DNA from: Octopus vulgaris
Lineage: Eukaryota
Length of the DNA: 64,000 bases
Reading direction: 5' to 3'
NCBI GenBank assembly: GCA_951406725.2
Contig: OX597830.1
Location: 60,636,001 to 60,700,000, forward strand
Shown here: one piece after another, positions 12,528-24,887 of the stretch
How the letters are laid out: each line of letters starts with the position of its first letter
Position numbering within the stretch: the stretch's first letter is position 1
Position numbers and translations under genes: made by a program
Notes under the pieces: model-generated
What the model was told of the DNA's origin: nothing
The model's database searches: none
The model's input: the letters and a program-made list of their open reading frames with translations, nothing else

Positions 12528-12565
12528 AATGAATGACGGAAGATGGAATATACGAGAATTTATTA

Positions 12566-12671
12566 ATCACGACAATTGTTTCGACACATCTCGCATCGAT
12601 TCCTCTTGTGTGGGACACTCAGCAACTGGTTCAGGAGCATCCGGTGGTGCAGATGTATCTCGTTGGGTGAT
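12566..12671 (-). ncRNA. Hammerhead-like motif with long stem II and mutated core
   Basis: atcac CCAACGA gatacatct...agatgtgtc GAAA CAATTG TC gtgat. 5-bp stem I, 9-bp stem II, palindromic stem III ACAATTGT. Confidence 0.75.
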
Positions 12672-13606
12672 AAATAAATACAACTCGTTAAAATAACTGT
12701 TCTTCAGTGTACCTCGCTTCGATATTTCCCTTTATTGCGGCTGAAGAGCTTGAAACGCTGCTTTTGGGAATCCAGTAGGGGGCAGCACTGGGCAGATATG
12801 GTGTTTTCACACCTTTTTATCAGAAGAGACAATTTTTCTCCACGGAAAATGCACTGAATGTCACAAACATATTGTAACTAACCTAAAACTCGCATGCACG
12901 CACGTGTGTGTGTGTGTGTTACGTGTGTGAACATCCATGCTATCCACCTTAACCACTCTGTTATCATCCGCACAGTGCAAACTTATTCTTGCATTTAATT
13001 CTCAGAACAATCACGTTCTCAGATACAAAGTCATTTACTAGCGATTTTTTACCCTTTTTTTTTATTATTCTATTTTAATGTAAGCAGTATTAGAAACTAT
13101 ACAAATTATTTTCAATTGAATTATACGAAAATCTTGAAATTTATTAAAAATACTTTTATTGTGAACGATAAAAGACTTTAAATTATTTTGTAAAAATACT
13201 TACATTTTATCTGTTTTACACAACTGTTTATTTGCAACATGTACGGAAAAAATCAAACTATGCAAATTCGCTTTTAAAAACTTGAGTTTTACATCAATGA
13301 AACATTTAACAATGAAACGTTTACTAAAATATTTTAAAATTAAGCATGGCGTTAAAATGTTTTAAAATTTATCTCAAAGTAATAAAAACATGTATTGATT
13401 GATGAAGACTGTTTATTATATGGGAAAATTATGAGAGAAAACACACACTTTCAAAGATCTTGCTTCCCACTTCCCTCCCAAAAACCATTCCCATCTCCCC
13501 TGGATAGGAACCACTTCTGTATACAAGCACACACACATGAATCTCATACACACATATACATACATGCGTATAAATACACACACAGACATACATATGTGTG
13601 TGTGTA

Positions 13607-13690
<84 letters not shown>

Positions 13691-13785
13691 GTCTAAGAAA
13701 CCATAAGTCAAGGAAAAAATGCATTCGTATCTGTCAGTAGAGTGGGTATATTATCCGAAATGTATAGTACTAAATACCTATCATG

Positions 13786-13875
13786 GCTCATCTTACCAAT
13801 CGGTTTCGCGTAAAGAATACAGTGGAGTGCGAGGTAACAAACCGATTATATAACTTTACGCTCATCAGAGTTAGC
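13786..13875 (-). ncRNA. Type I hammerhead ribozyme motif with canonical core
   Basis: CTGATGA GCGTAAAG n38 CTTTACGC GAAA CC gatt GG TA. Perfect 8-bp stem II and GUA triplet; stem I is imperfect. Confidence 0.85.
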
Positions 13876-15229
13876 TGATATAGAAGGGAATATGGCAACT
13901 GTTCTCTATTGTCGGAGGTGGATTAGTACAACCGGTCAGCGGCTGCGGTGAAAAAGGGTGGTGAAACAAAAAAGGGCCAGGAGATTCAGTTCGGAGTTAT
14001 GTCCCTTGGTTGGGTATCTGTAGAGCCAGTAAGGGTTATTTTGAAGTGGGGTAGGTGTGTATTATCAATGTGGTGCTGCTGTGGGGGTGGGGTATGTGAT
14101 ATGTGTAGTGGTGTCATATGCATAATTTTTTTCGGGTAATCAATACTGTCCCCTATCAGTTTTGTCCTTAATACAAGACTGGTAAAAGAAATGGTTATCT
14201 TTAAATAAAATGCAAAGAAACATTTTGTTTGAAAGGATCGTAGCAGTAATCAAGCAGTGAAATACAAGCCACGTGGGAAATTACTATACCCTGAGTCAGC
14301 TATCACAGATCGTGGAACTATCGAGAAAAATTCCATTGGATTTTCAAACTGAGCCAAGGCCAATACCAGTTCTACAGAGAAGATACGGAAGATCCCTCAA
14401 TAGGCTATATAAAGAGACTTGAAGAATATTGGGATTAGAAAAACCGAACATTCTCAAAATTTTCAGAAAAGCAATTGCACCAGCAAGCGACATTTGTTGA
14501 AAAGAAATATGACCCCTTAGCGAACAAAACCTCTCAGTCAAAATGCAGCAACACATTAAGCTTTTCCTCCTGAGGAGACTGTGAACGACAACACGACCAA
14601 GACGAATACAACAATAAAAACCGCCACCACCCCACGGACATGTTGCAACCAATGACGATCCTACAAAAACGAGCGAGGAGAATACTGAAAGCACGGCCTG
14701 CATCGAAGTTCAAGCAGAACTTCACTGCTTCTATACATAAAGGCACAGCATGAGAGAACGATACCTACACGTGGTGGGAAAAAATCCACCGACCTGGTGC
14801 TTCCCACGATCGATGGAATTCCGTGAGAACAAGTAGCTCAAATTCAAGCTCCCAGCTTTTGGACAATAAATCTCCCGCTATACTGTGCCGCAGTAACTAT
14901 GTCTCAACAGATTGGAGTAAAAGAGGCCGATCCAAAGGATAATACTGCGCCAAAATGAATTACCTCCCTCCAAAATAACATCAACGGACTCAGGAAAAAA
15001 GGTAGAAGAGCTGGACACTATCTTGAAACAAGGTTAAAAATGAGTTCACAAATCACCAGCTACAACCGCATGATAGGTTCTCCAAATTGTATGAGAACTG
15101 GCACTCACAAGTAAATTTATCACCCTCAAAATCAATCTAGAAAGGTAAGTGAAAAAATCTTCGTTATTGTAAATATTTACATGAACGGAAAATAATAAAC
15201 CGAAAGTTTACCCGAGCTGTATATCACAG

Positions 15230-15693
15230 TGTGAAAGATGAGTCATTTGGGGGTGGGGACTGGACTGTAAACTACGAAGTGAACACTGTCTAAACGCCTC
15301 TCCCAAAACACACAACATCACCAGTGAAACACTCCTGAAGGTTATTATGAAACTACAGAATAGAAGATCACCTGGGAGAGACCTGATAGTAGGCCACTGG
15401 TACAAAAAGCTCACGTTCTACAGGGAAATTCTTATGAATTTATTTAAAACAACATTGGACGTTGGGATAGATATATCAGATCGGTTGACGGTTGCATGGA
15501 CTACTCCTATGCCCAAGAACGAAGAGACCCATGTAGCCAAAAACTATAGGTTCATAACATGCATGAATATCATGTACAAACAGGCTGTCTGAATATGTTT
15601 CTCCAAGACCACTGCCAAGCAAATGGTGTGATAACCGATTAACAGGCAGGAGGAAAGAAAAGTTCCTCCTCAACAAAGTTGTCCTTAAGGAAG
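15230..15693 (+). mobile_element. R4/Dong-clade non-LTR retrotransposon, decayed RT N-terminal part (may extend up to ~14340)
   Basis: SPGRDLIVGHWYKKL, TTPMPKN...AKNYRFITCMNIMYK and LNMFLQDHC correspond to RT domains 0-2. Confidence 0.8.
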
Positions 15694-15819
15694 CCAGGAA
15701 ACATTGCCATATTCTCTTAACAATATGGCTAAACTATCATGCTCATGCATGATAGCCAACCGTGGAAAGATTGTCGACCAGACAGAGAATAGGTACAACA
15801 ATGGCTTGTCTATCTCTAC

Positions 15820-16101
15820 TATGTTGTTGTTCCTTCTCGAGCCATGCCTGGCTCATAAGGGCCGGTTCCCCACCTGGACGGGACGCCGGTCCGTCGCAGG
15901 TGAGCTGCAAGATGCAGGAGGAAAGAGTGAGAGAAAGTTGTGGCGAAAGAGTCAGCAGAAGTTCGCCATTAACTTCTGCCGGAGCCGTGTGGAGCTTAGG
16001 TGTTTTCGCTCATAAACACACACATCGCCCGGTCTGAGACTCGAACCCGCGACCCTCGACCTCGAGTCCGCTGCTCTAACCACTAGGCCATGTGCTTCCA
16101 C
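15820..16101 (-). mobile_element. tRNA-headed SINE family C
   Basis: Minus strand has an A box (TGGCCTAGTGG), a B box (GGTTCGAGTCT), a V-domain-like ctgcgacggaccggcgtcccgtccagg segment and an (AAC)n tail. Confidence 0.88.
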
Positions 16102-16644
16102 TATCTCCCCTATCTCTAATGATGATAACTACATATCTCTCGAAATCGATGAGAATATTGCATACGTTAGTGCTGTGACTAAAACTCTCCCTACCAAAAA
16201 CAACATCAAAGCCCTTGAATTTGAGAGCAACTACTCCCACTCAAATCTGTCTTGTTCTGCCCAGCCAAATTTCTCTCAGAAGCCTTACGTGGGGGTGGAG
16301 TGGGAGAGTGTTATGCGCGCATGCGTATGTGTATGTGTATGTTTCATACAAACACGTATTCTTCTCGTGAAAGTCAATATTTAAAATTAGTTTTAAAATC
16401 ACTTCCATTCATTCTCAGTTTATCTCGTCCGGAGAACCATTTCACATTCCTTCGCTTTTCCAATTCTATAGATTTGTGTTAAAAACAGCATAACCTCTGA
16501 ATTCTACTGTATAATTCATCAACTACATTGCTTTTACTGTGAAGTATATATCACCAGCATCACCACCACCACCACTCCACCCACATCACCCTGCCACTTT
16601 TTCTAGTATACTGCATAGTACATGCCACCACCGTATCATAACCA

Positions 16645-16900
16645 CTTCCTTAAGGACAACTTTGTTGAGGAGGAACTTTTCTTTCCTCCTGCCTGTTAAT
16701 CGGTTATCACACCATTTGCTTGGCAGTGGTCTTGGAGAAACATATTCAGACAGCCTGTTTGTACATGATATTCATGCATGTTATGAACCTATAGTTTTTG
16801 GCTACATGCATCTCTTCGTTCTTGGGCATAGGAGTAGTCCATGCAACCGTCAACCGATCTGATATATCTAGCCCAACGTCCAATGTTGTTTTAAATAAAT
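16645..16900 (-). repeat. Inverted duplicate of 15438-15693
   Basis: 256 bp, 3 mismatches counted by eye. Confidence 0.95.
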
Positions 16901-18000
16901 AATAAGGAGGTCCTATAGACATCGTCATATCTTTTAGAAAAATACCAGGCATTAAATGAGGGAAGTCTGATTGAACATCGATTACCTATCACATGTCAGT
17001 TGAGAGCAGCCTTGTAGAAGCACATTAAAATACATATGAGGAAAGCAAACTCTCGGAGTATACTGAATTGAGGAGAGAAGCGTGACAGTACTGATAAATA
17101 AATCTGCGTTGAACGGCCGGCGAGTCAGAGACGACACGATAGAACTTGCTGTAAATAATTGCTTAAAGAAAACGAGAACGGACTGAGTTTAGTTACATAG
17201 AGACCGTGAAAAAGCATTTAATGCCTGAATAATCTGAAAATGTATTTAACCTCAGCTGTCTGCACCCACAGAAGATAAATCAATGTTGAGCACTTCCTAT
17301 TTCTTATGTTCTCCTCTGACCAAATAGAGGGGTTTAAAGTGCTTTCAAGAACGCCATATAATAGGACACTTTGATAGATGGACTGAGAAGGACGTGCTTA
17401 AATTGGATTACTTTACCACTTTTTTTATACTTCTTTTTTTTTTTGTACTTCTGATTTAGTGATCTAATGACAATTTTCAAGGGCGTTTTTGAGAAAATAG
17501 CCCACACTTAAGAGGAAATATTCACGAGAAAAATGATCAAGTGTTCAGAAATAAAAATTGCCTTAAATTTAGAAAATAACTAATTGCTTCAGCATCCTTT
17601 CAAACTTTCTCCTTGTTTATGATATTAAGCTAATTTTATAAATCTGACATCTTAAGTTGTCGTAGTCGAGAACTGTTGCCGAAAACCATTGAAAGACAAC
17701 ACGATTCATAGCCCCCATAATTCACAGCCATCACAATTCACAACAACAACATTTACTGCCACCAGTATCTATCAGTTTAACTTGAGTACAATTCATTGCC
17801 ACCAAAATGCTATGCAGATATCACCTCAGTTCATCTCCAAGCGAATTCATCATATCAATGAATGTCGCACATACAGAAATAACAACTCTCCACACGCTCT
17901 CCATCGTTCACAACTAAAACCAGAGATTTTTATGGATAAGTTAGTAGAAATTTTCTATTGCAATAAACAGCAGGCTCTGATGTTATTAAGAAATCAAAAT

Positions 18001-18410
18001 AATGCTTTAATTTGTTATCTTGCTTACAGGTCATTTTTAGTTTGGTTACATAACAAATGTTCTTGAGTTGTATCTGATAGTTAATAAGAATATATCAAAC
18101 AAGAACAAACTGTTTTTATGTAAAGTGCACTAACACACTTCATATGGTGACTAAAGATACTTTCATTAGTCAAACGCTTCCTTCATTGAGACGAGGTGAA
18201 ATGCTTTAATGCTTTAATTTGTTATCTTGCTTACAGGTCATTTTTAGTTTGGTTACATAACAAATGTTCTTGAGTTGTATCTGATAGTTAATAAGAATAT
18301 ATCAAACAAGAACAAACTGTTTTTATGTAAAGTAAGCACTAACACACTTCATATGGTGACTAAAGATACTTTCATTAGTCAAACGCTTCCTTCATTGAGA
18401 CGAGGTGAAA
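18001..18410 (+). repeat. Near-perfect tandem duplication of ~200 bp
   Basis: 18001-18200 is repeated at 18208-18409. The copies differ by a 2-nt indel (aaagtgcac vs aaagtaagcac). Confidence 0.95.
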
Positions 18411-19647
18411 GTGTTTTGACTGCACCGAACTTAACGTTGGGAAGAGAGACACGAAGAGTGGGTGGGGTGGAATTAATCTATTATATGACAAGCATGTTGA
18501 CAACCTCGGTAACGTTTCGGTCCCATCTGACCTTCTCATCGAAGCATAGCGTTTACCAAACCTACTAGATGTGTAATAATAAACCACTACATGAATGTAT
18601 AATACACACAAGTAGGGTAGGTACGACAGCACAACATAAGGGTTGTAAGGGACACCATTCATATGTAAATGTGTCATAGTAAACTCTGGAATAGATAATC
18701 TTATTTGATTTATCGTTGCGGCGAACTCCAAAGGAATTGTGTGAGTTTTCCAGCCAAATAGCTTGATCGAAGGTTCTGGAAAATTTGGGTTACAGTTATA
18801 AAAAGTTGGCAAATTCAACTTCAGATTACAGCTACTCAGCATTTTACTCAGCTACTTTGCTCAGTGCGTTGGTCTCTCGCCCTTTTATACTTTTTTCTTC
18901 AATAAACTTGTTGTGTTCGCCAAAAGGTACCACCTTGAGATGTAATGTCAAATCAGACACTCACTGCTTATTTCATCTTCAATAACTCTGAACTTACTAT
19001 CACAATATATTATCTCGTATATTGTATTTCACAAGATTCCTATTGTGTTCGTTATCTCATGAACGTTGTTTCATTAAATCAAATATATGTACAAATGTAA
19101 ATATAAAAGTTGCAGGTGAAGAAAATATTTGAAGACCGAAGCAAATATTAGTGCGATCATTCTTTTCTTCACACGCGGCCTTCTACCAGCGAAGAACTAA
19201 CGATTTAAAGCCACCACTAGATACTGAGTAGAAAGTGATATAAGTTTTCACGAAGAGAGTAGAAGTTTACACAGAGAATAGTGAATAAGCCTGAATATGC
19301 TCGAATTTGTCACCCGTGCATTCCGAAGTCGTAAAAATGTTATTATTAACATATATTTTGTCTTTATACATAAAGTTCGCCAAAATATTTTTATTTGTTC
19401 TAAGGTGTACTGCTGCTAAATAGATTTGGGAAACGATAAGATCAGAGAGACACATAACAGAATAAATATAATGTAATCGCCGACTGTGTAGTCGAATTTT
19501 ACAGACGCCATTAACTACAAGACATTGTCTGTAGATGGTGACTGGATAGAGAAGTATTGTCTAATAGTTTCTAAGATGGACAATGGTAAATATTAATGAT
19601 AATTTCTTCTAATATCTTATAATCCCATCTCTGTCCTTCGCCACCCC

Positions 19648-19698
<51 letters not shown>

Positions 19699-19969
19699 TC
19701 TTTTTCTCCTCTCTCACACACGCGCGCGCTCACAGGTACACATCGTCATGACATAATATCGACATAAATTAAAGACTTCCTTTATTTCACTACAGCAAGA
19801 GGTGGGTTTGCATTCAGTGTAGGGAAGGTCAGTGAAGGGGTGTTGTACTAACGGGGTGTACTGAACATTTTCAATACACGCTCCCCCCTACCGCCACCAC
19901 GATAACCTGTCCAGAAGGACGGGTAAGTCGGTGGTGTGGTAGTAATGGCGTGTACATTACATGAGAGGT

Positions 19970-20830
19970 CAAGTAGTGGAGGTGGTAGTGGAGGTGGTAG
20001 TGGCGGTGGTGGTTATGATACGGTGGTGGCATGTACTATGCAGTACACTAGAAAAAGTGGCAGGGTGATGTGGGTGAAGTGGTGGTGGTGGTGGTGGTGG
20101 TGGTGGTGGCGGCGGAGGTGGCAGTGTTATGGTGGTGGTGGTGCTGGTGGTGGTGGTGCTGGTGATATATACTTCACAGTAAAAGCAATGTAGTTGATGA
20201 ATTATACAGTAGAATTCAGAGGTTATGCTGTGTCCTATAGAGATCAGTTATCAGGTAATACTAGTGGCATATAGTAGAGTGCTGTTAGTGGTAGTGGTAG
20301 AGTGACGTGTACTGTACTGTAAATGTCACGTAGTTGTAGTTGGTGTATACTTTATGATGGAAGTCCGGTGGTGGCGGTAGTGGTGGGAGCGGTGGGGGGG
20401 GGGGGCAGCAGCGGTAGTAGTGTTTGTGGCGGGGGGTGATGGTTGTGGGGGACGGTGGTGGCGGCGGCGGCGGCAGCGGCGGTGGTGGTGGTTGTGGCGG
20501 TGGTGGTGATGGTGGTGGTGGTGGTGGTGGTGGTGATGCTGGTGGTGGTGGTGGTGGTGGTGGTGATGGTGGTGGTGGTGGTGGTGGTGGTGGTGGTGGT
20601 GGTGGTGGTGATGATGATGGTGGTGGTGGTGATGATGGTGGTGGTGGTGGTGTCGCTGGTGGTGGTGGTGATGGTGGTGGCTGTAGTGGTGGTTGCGGCG
20701 GCGGTGTTGGGGGGATGATGCTGGTGGCGGCGGCAGCGGCGGTGGTGGTGGTGGTGGTTGTGGCGGTGCTGGTGCTGGTGCTGGTGGTGGTGGTGGTGGT
20801 GATGGTGGTGATGTTAGTTGTGATGATGGA
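19970..20830. repeat. Degenerate (GGT/GGC)n triplet field
   Basis: Direct reading. It generates poly-Gly/Pro/His/Val ORFs in several frames. Confidence 0.9.
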
Positions 20831-21608
20831 ATGTACTCTAGTGTAGAGGTCATGCACAGGTCGTATGTACGATTCAATAGAGCCCAGATGGTGTTGGAGG
20901 CGTTGTCTAATGTAGAGTCAGCAGAGGTCATGTAGCGCGGTGTTATATTCCACACAGACGCCATCAGATTTCTTTTGTTGTACTTCGGTCTGTACTCTAA
21001 TGGTCATATTACTATTGTGTGGAAGATCCTAAATTTTATTTTGATTTTAATTCACCTGCAGAACATTTTTTTTGCACGTGATGTAATTGATTTCACCTCG
21101 TGATGTAATTGATTTCACAACAGCTGTAGTGAACCTCAGCCCATTTATGTTATTATTTATACTACATCGCACTCGGAACCTTCCCTGTGTTGAGTCTTGA
21201 GCCCGCGATAAACCGTGTACTGTCGGAGTGTATTCTTGTGTGATTTCACGTAGATGTTGAGTGCACATGCGGACGTATGCATAACTAGGACAAATCCGTA
21301 TATAGTCTAGTTGTGGTGGTATAAATATTGCATATTGAAGTTGTGGTATGTTCATTGTAATGGGGTGTTCAGTTGTGTTGTTGGGCAGTATGTCCTCTAC
21401 AGATAAGATTGCAATACTGGTACGTAATATGCAATTGTGTCTGTGTAGTTCTGGTATATACTGCATCGATAGCTGTAACTGTGTTACAGAAGCAAAGCAT
21501 TGTCTATAAATGCTTATCAATATAGGATTTCCTTATAGGGACAACTCTTCTATGAAACGATCGTAAGATGCTTTAAATAATTAATTCAAAACTTTTAAAC
21601 TATCATAT

Positions 21609-22005
21609 ACATTATATATAAAAGAGAGGTTGTGTGCTGTCTGTCTCCTACGATTTAGATTCCTAACTACTCCCACATTTTGCGGTGCAGTTTAACAAAA
21701 ACCGGGTATCTTATAGTCGTGGTTCATATCGAGCCCTTCTGGGTATTAGCGCGCGTCTACGATGAGTCTACGATTTTTTAAAAAATTTACCATCAATTTT
21801 TCCCATTTTTAATGCATTTTTGGCATATATAAGGGAATTAACTCTCTAAAAATTTATTATTAAATCTCAGAACGTAAAAAGCTACAGTAACACCCCCCTC
21901 TTTGTGGTTAGCCATATTGAGATGGCTATTCTACTTTACATCTCTAAAAATGCTTATATAGTTATTTCCCTTACAAACCCGAGCAACGCCGGGCGATACT
22001 GCTAG
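21609..22005 (+). mobile_element. Complete ~400 bp non-autonomous Helitron
   Basis: 3' GC hairpin cccg-agcaacgc-cggg (21978-21993), then CTAG|T at 22002-22006. The 5' end matches the copy at 1-355 (TC is eroded here). No TSD. Confidence 0.9.
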
Positions 22006-22333
22006 TACATTATATATTTATACTTATATATATTTACATATATTTTTATACATATTTATATTTTTAATACAACAATTATTTTCACGCGTGCATATCTTTC
22101 TGAGGAGTTTTGATATTGATTTCCTAATACTAATAATAATATATTATTAAATAATATATATGTATATATCGCACGTATTAAAGATATAAATACTTTAATA
22201 GTATTAATACTTTGATACAATTGAGCACTCAATATAAATTCAGTATATAATATTCTCATTGAATATATTTAACTAAAGATTTATATATATATATATTTAT
22301 AAAGAGTTATTAATGACAGATTATCATTATCAT

Positions 22334-22493
22334 TATAGGTTTGTTCATTGATCGGCTTACCCAATTGGTCCATTGATCAGCTGAGAAAAATTAAAGGACC
22401 TTAAGGAACAAATGCTATCCTCATCGAAGAGGAGGATAGCATTAGTTTTTTAGAGTCGTTCAATTTGTCTTAACCGATCAATGAACGAACCTA
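22334..22493. repeat. Foldback structure with nested hairpin
   Basis: aggtttgttcattgatcgg pairs with ccgatcaatgaacgaacct; inner aatgctatcctc pairs with gaggatagcatt. Confidence 0.85.
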
Positions 22494-22651
22494 AAATAAA
22501 CTATCGGAAACGGCTGTATGTCGAATTTACTATAATAAAGTAAGGTTCTACACAAGAACAGGACAGGTCCAACCAATGGCCTTTCTTACAGTTCCCGTTC
22601 ACTAAATTCTCTACACAAACACTCATATATTTAATGCTATTATGTAAATGA

Positions 22652-22842
22652 CAGGCAGAAGCGTGAACGGCATTTCTTCCGGCTCTTTTCGTTTTGAGTT
22701 CAAATTCCGCCGAAATTTACTTTTCCTTTCATTCTTGATAACACACGTACCAGTTGAACACTGGGATTGATGTAATTGACTTAACCCTGAAAATTGACTA
22801 ACCCCTAAAAATTACTGGTTTTGAGTCAAAATTTGAAGCCAT
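22652..22842 (+). mobile_element. SINE family B, degraded
   Basis: gagttcaaattccgccga...actttt cctttcat...gtaccagttgaacactggg. Confidence 0.75.
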
Positions 22843-23111
22843 TACGTGAATTTATTAATGTCCCCGTGTATGTTTGCGTCCACAGAAGTACAGCGATGCC
22901 CAGCTTTGTAAAATTATTCTGAGGAGATGTAAGCCAAGCGCTGAATGAAAAGCAAATTTATCGTCGTATTCCATGAAAGATTGGTGTGTATGTTGAATTA
23001 AACATTCTGTTGAATTAAACATTCTCAATAATTATGACCAGCCATCACGGTACCCTCCCTACTCACCCGGTTGTCTTTCATCTTCGATAGATTTTTTTTT
23101 TTTTTTTTTGC

Positions 23112-23345
23112 CTTGAAGAATTTTAGTCGAACTACCCCAGTACTTATTATATAATTCTTTTTTTATTTATAAAGCTTAGTATTTATTCTATCGGTATCCG
23201 TCTGGCAAATCTACTCACAAGGCTTTTGGTCGGCCCGAAGCTATAGCGGAAGATATTTGCCCAAGGTAACACACAGTAGGACTGAACCCGGAAGCATGAG
23301 GTTGGGAAGCAAACTTCTTATCACACAGCCATAAATGTACCTATA
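23112..23345 (-). mobile_element. SINE family A, deleted copy
   Basis: ttattctatcgg...aaatctactcacaaggctt...actgaacccggaa motifs. Confidence 0.8.
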
Positions 23346-23660
23346 TCTTTGAAACTGTTCTTTTACTATACCAGACAACCAAATAATTGCCCACTACGTT
23401 TGCATATGCTCGCTAGGGTCTCTAAATGATCTCATCACAAGTCAGCTTAGGTGCCAGCATAACTTCAAAATATGTTAATTGTCCATACAGATAGACAGAA
23501 CCAGAAAACGAAGGAAAATCCTAAAGACTTTGTCATATTTATTTATAGAGAACAATACGCGATCGAGTCCTGTACTCCAGCCTTTGCTTTCCATAACCGT
23601 ATGAGGTTACGAAACACTCTTCAACGTCTATGCATGAACATGCATCTTTATCATTATCGT

Positions 23661-24070
23661 ATAGGCGCAGGAGTGGCTGTGTGGTAAGTAGCTTGCTAAC
23701 CAACCACATGGTTCCGGGCTCAGTCCCACTGCGTGGCACCTTAGGCAAGTGTCTTCTACTAAAGCCTCGGGCCGACCAGAGCCTTGTGAGTGGATTTGGT
23801 AGACGGAAACTGAAAAAAGCCCGTCGTATATATTGATATATATATATGTGTGCGTGTATGTTTTTGTGTCTGTGTTTGTCCCCCTAGCATTGCTTGACAA
23901 CCGATGCTGGTGTGTCTATGTCCCCGTAACTTAGCGGTTCGGCAAAAGAGACCGATAGAATAAGTACTGGGCTTACAAAGAATAAGTCCCGGGTTCAAGT
24001 TGCTCGACTAAAGGCGGTGCTCCAGCATGGCCGCAGTCAAATGACTGAAACAAGTAAAAGAGTAAAGAGT
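23661..24070 (+). mobile_element. SINE family A, full length
   Basis: tRNA-like head (tggctgtgtgg A box, ggctcagtccc B-box-like), internal TA/TG microsatellite, (taaaagag)n tail. More than 15 related copies in the window. Confidence 0.93.
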
Positions 24071-24120
24071 AAATATAAATGTATAAACATACATAAGTAT
24101 ATAAATTTATATGTGTATAA

Positions 24121-24177
<57 letters not shown>

Positions 24178-24374
24178 AGTGTGTGTGTGTGCGCGCGCGT
24201 GCGAGTGTGTATGTACGCTAATGATTGTGTAATGAATGTATCAAGACCTATCTTACTGACGGTCTGCCATCTCGTCATTTTAAGACGAAATGGCAGACGG
24301 ACTGTGACATGGGTATGGAGATAGGTAGGAATGTAGGTAGGTACTGAAATAGGTAGATAGATAGATAGACAGAC

Positions 24375-24753
<379 letters not shown>

Positions 24754-24856
24754 CATACATACATACATACATACATACTTACATACATACATATATACAT
24801 ACATATATACATTCATACATACATACATACATATATACATACATAGATATATACAT

Positions 24857-24887
<31 letters not shown>

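Noticed and set aside
16030-16100. tRNA genes
   Set aside because: The A/B boxes belong to SINE heads followed by SINE bodies, with no complete cloverleaf or terminator.
18375-18842. 155-aa ORF
   Set aside because: No recognisable domain. It overlaps a decayed hammerhead/pLTR-like motif (18504-18545) and the tandem duplication.
20285-20964. Pro/His-rich ORFs, including MASVWNITPRY... with N-glycosylation-like sequons
   Set aside because: The frames stay open because of the GGT triplet field, on both strands and in several frames. No recognisable domain or supported splice structure.
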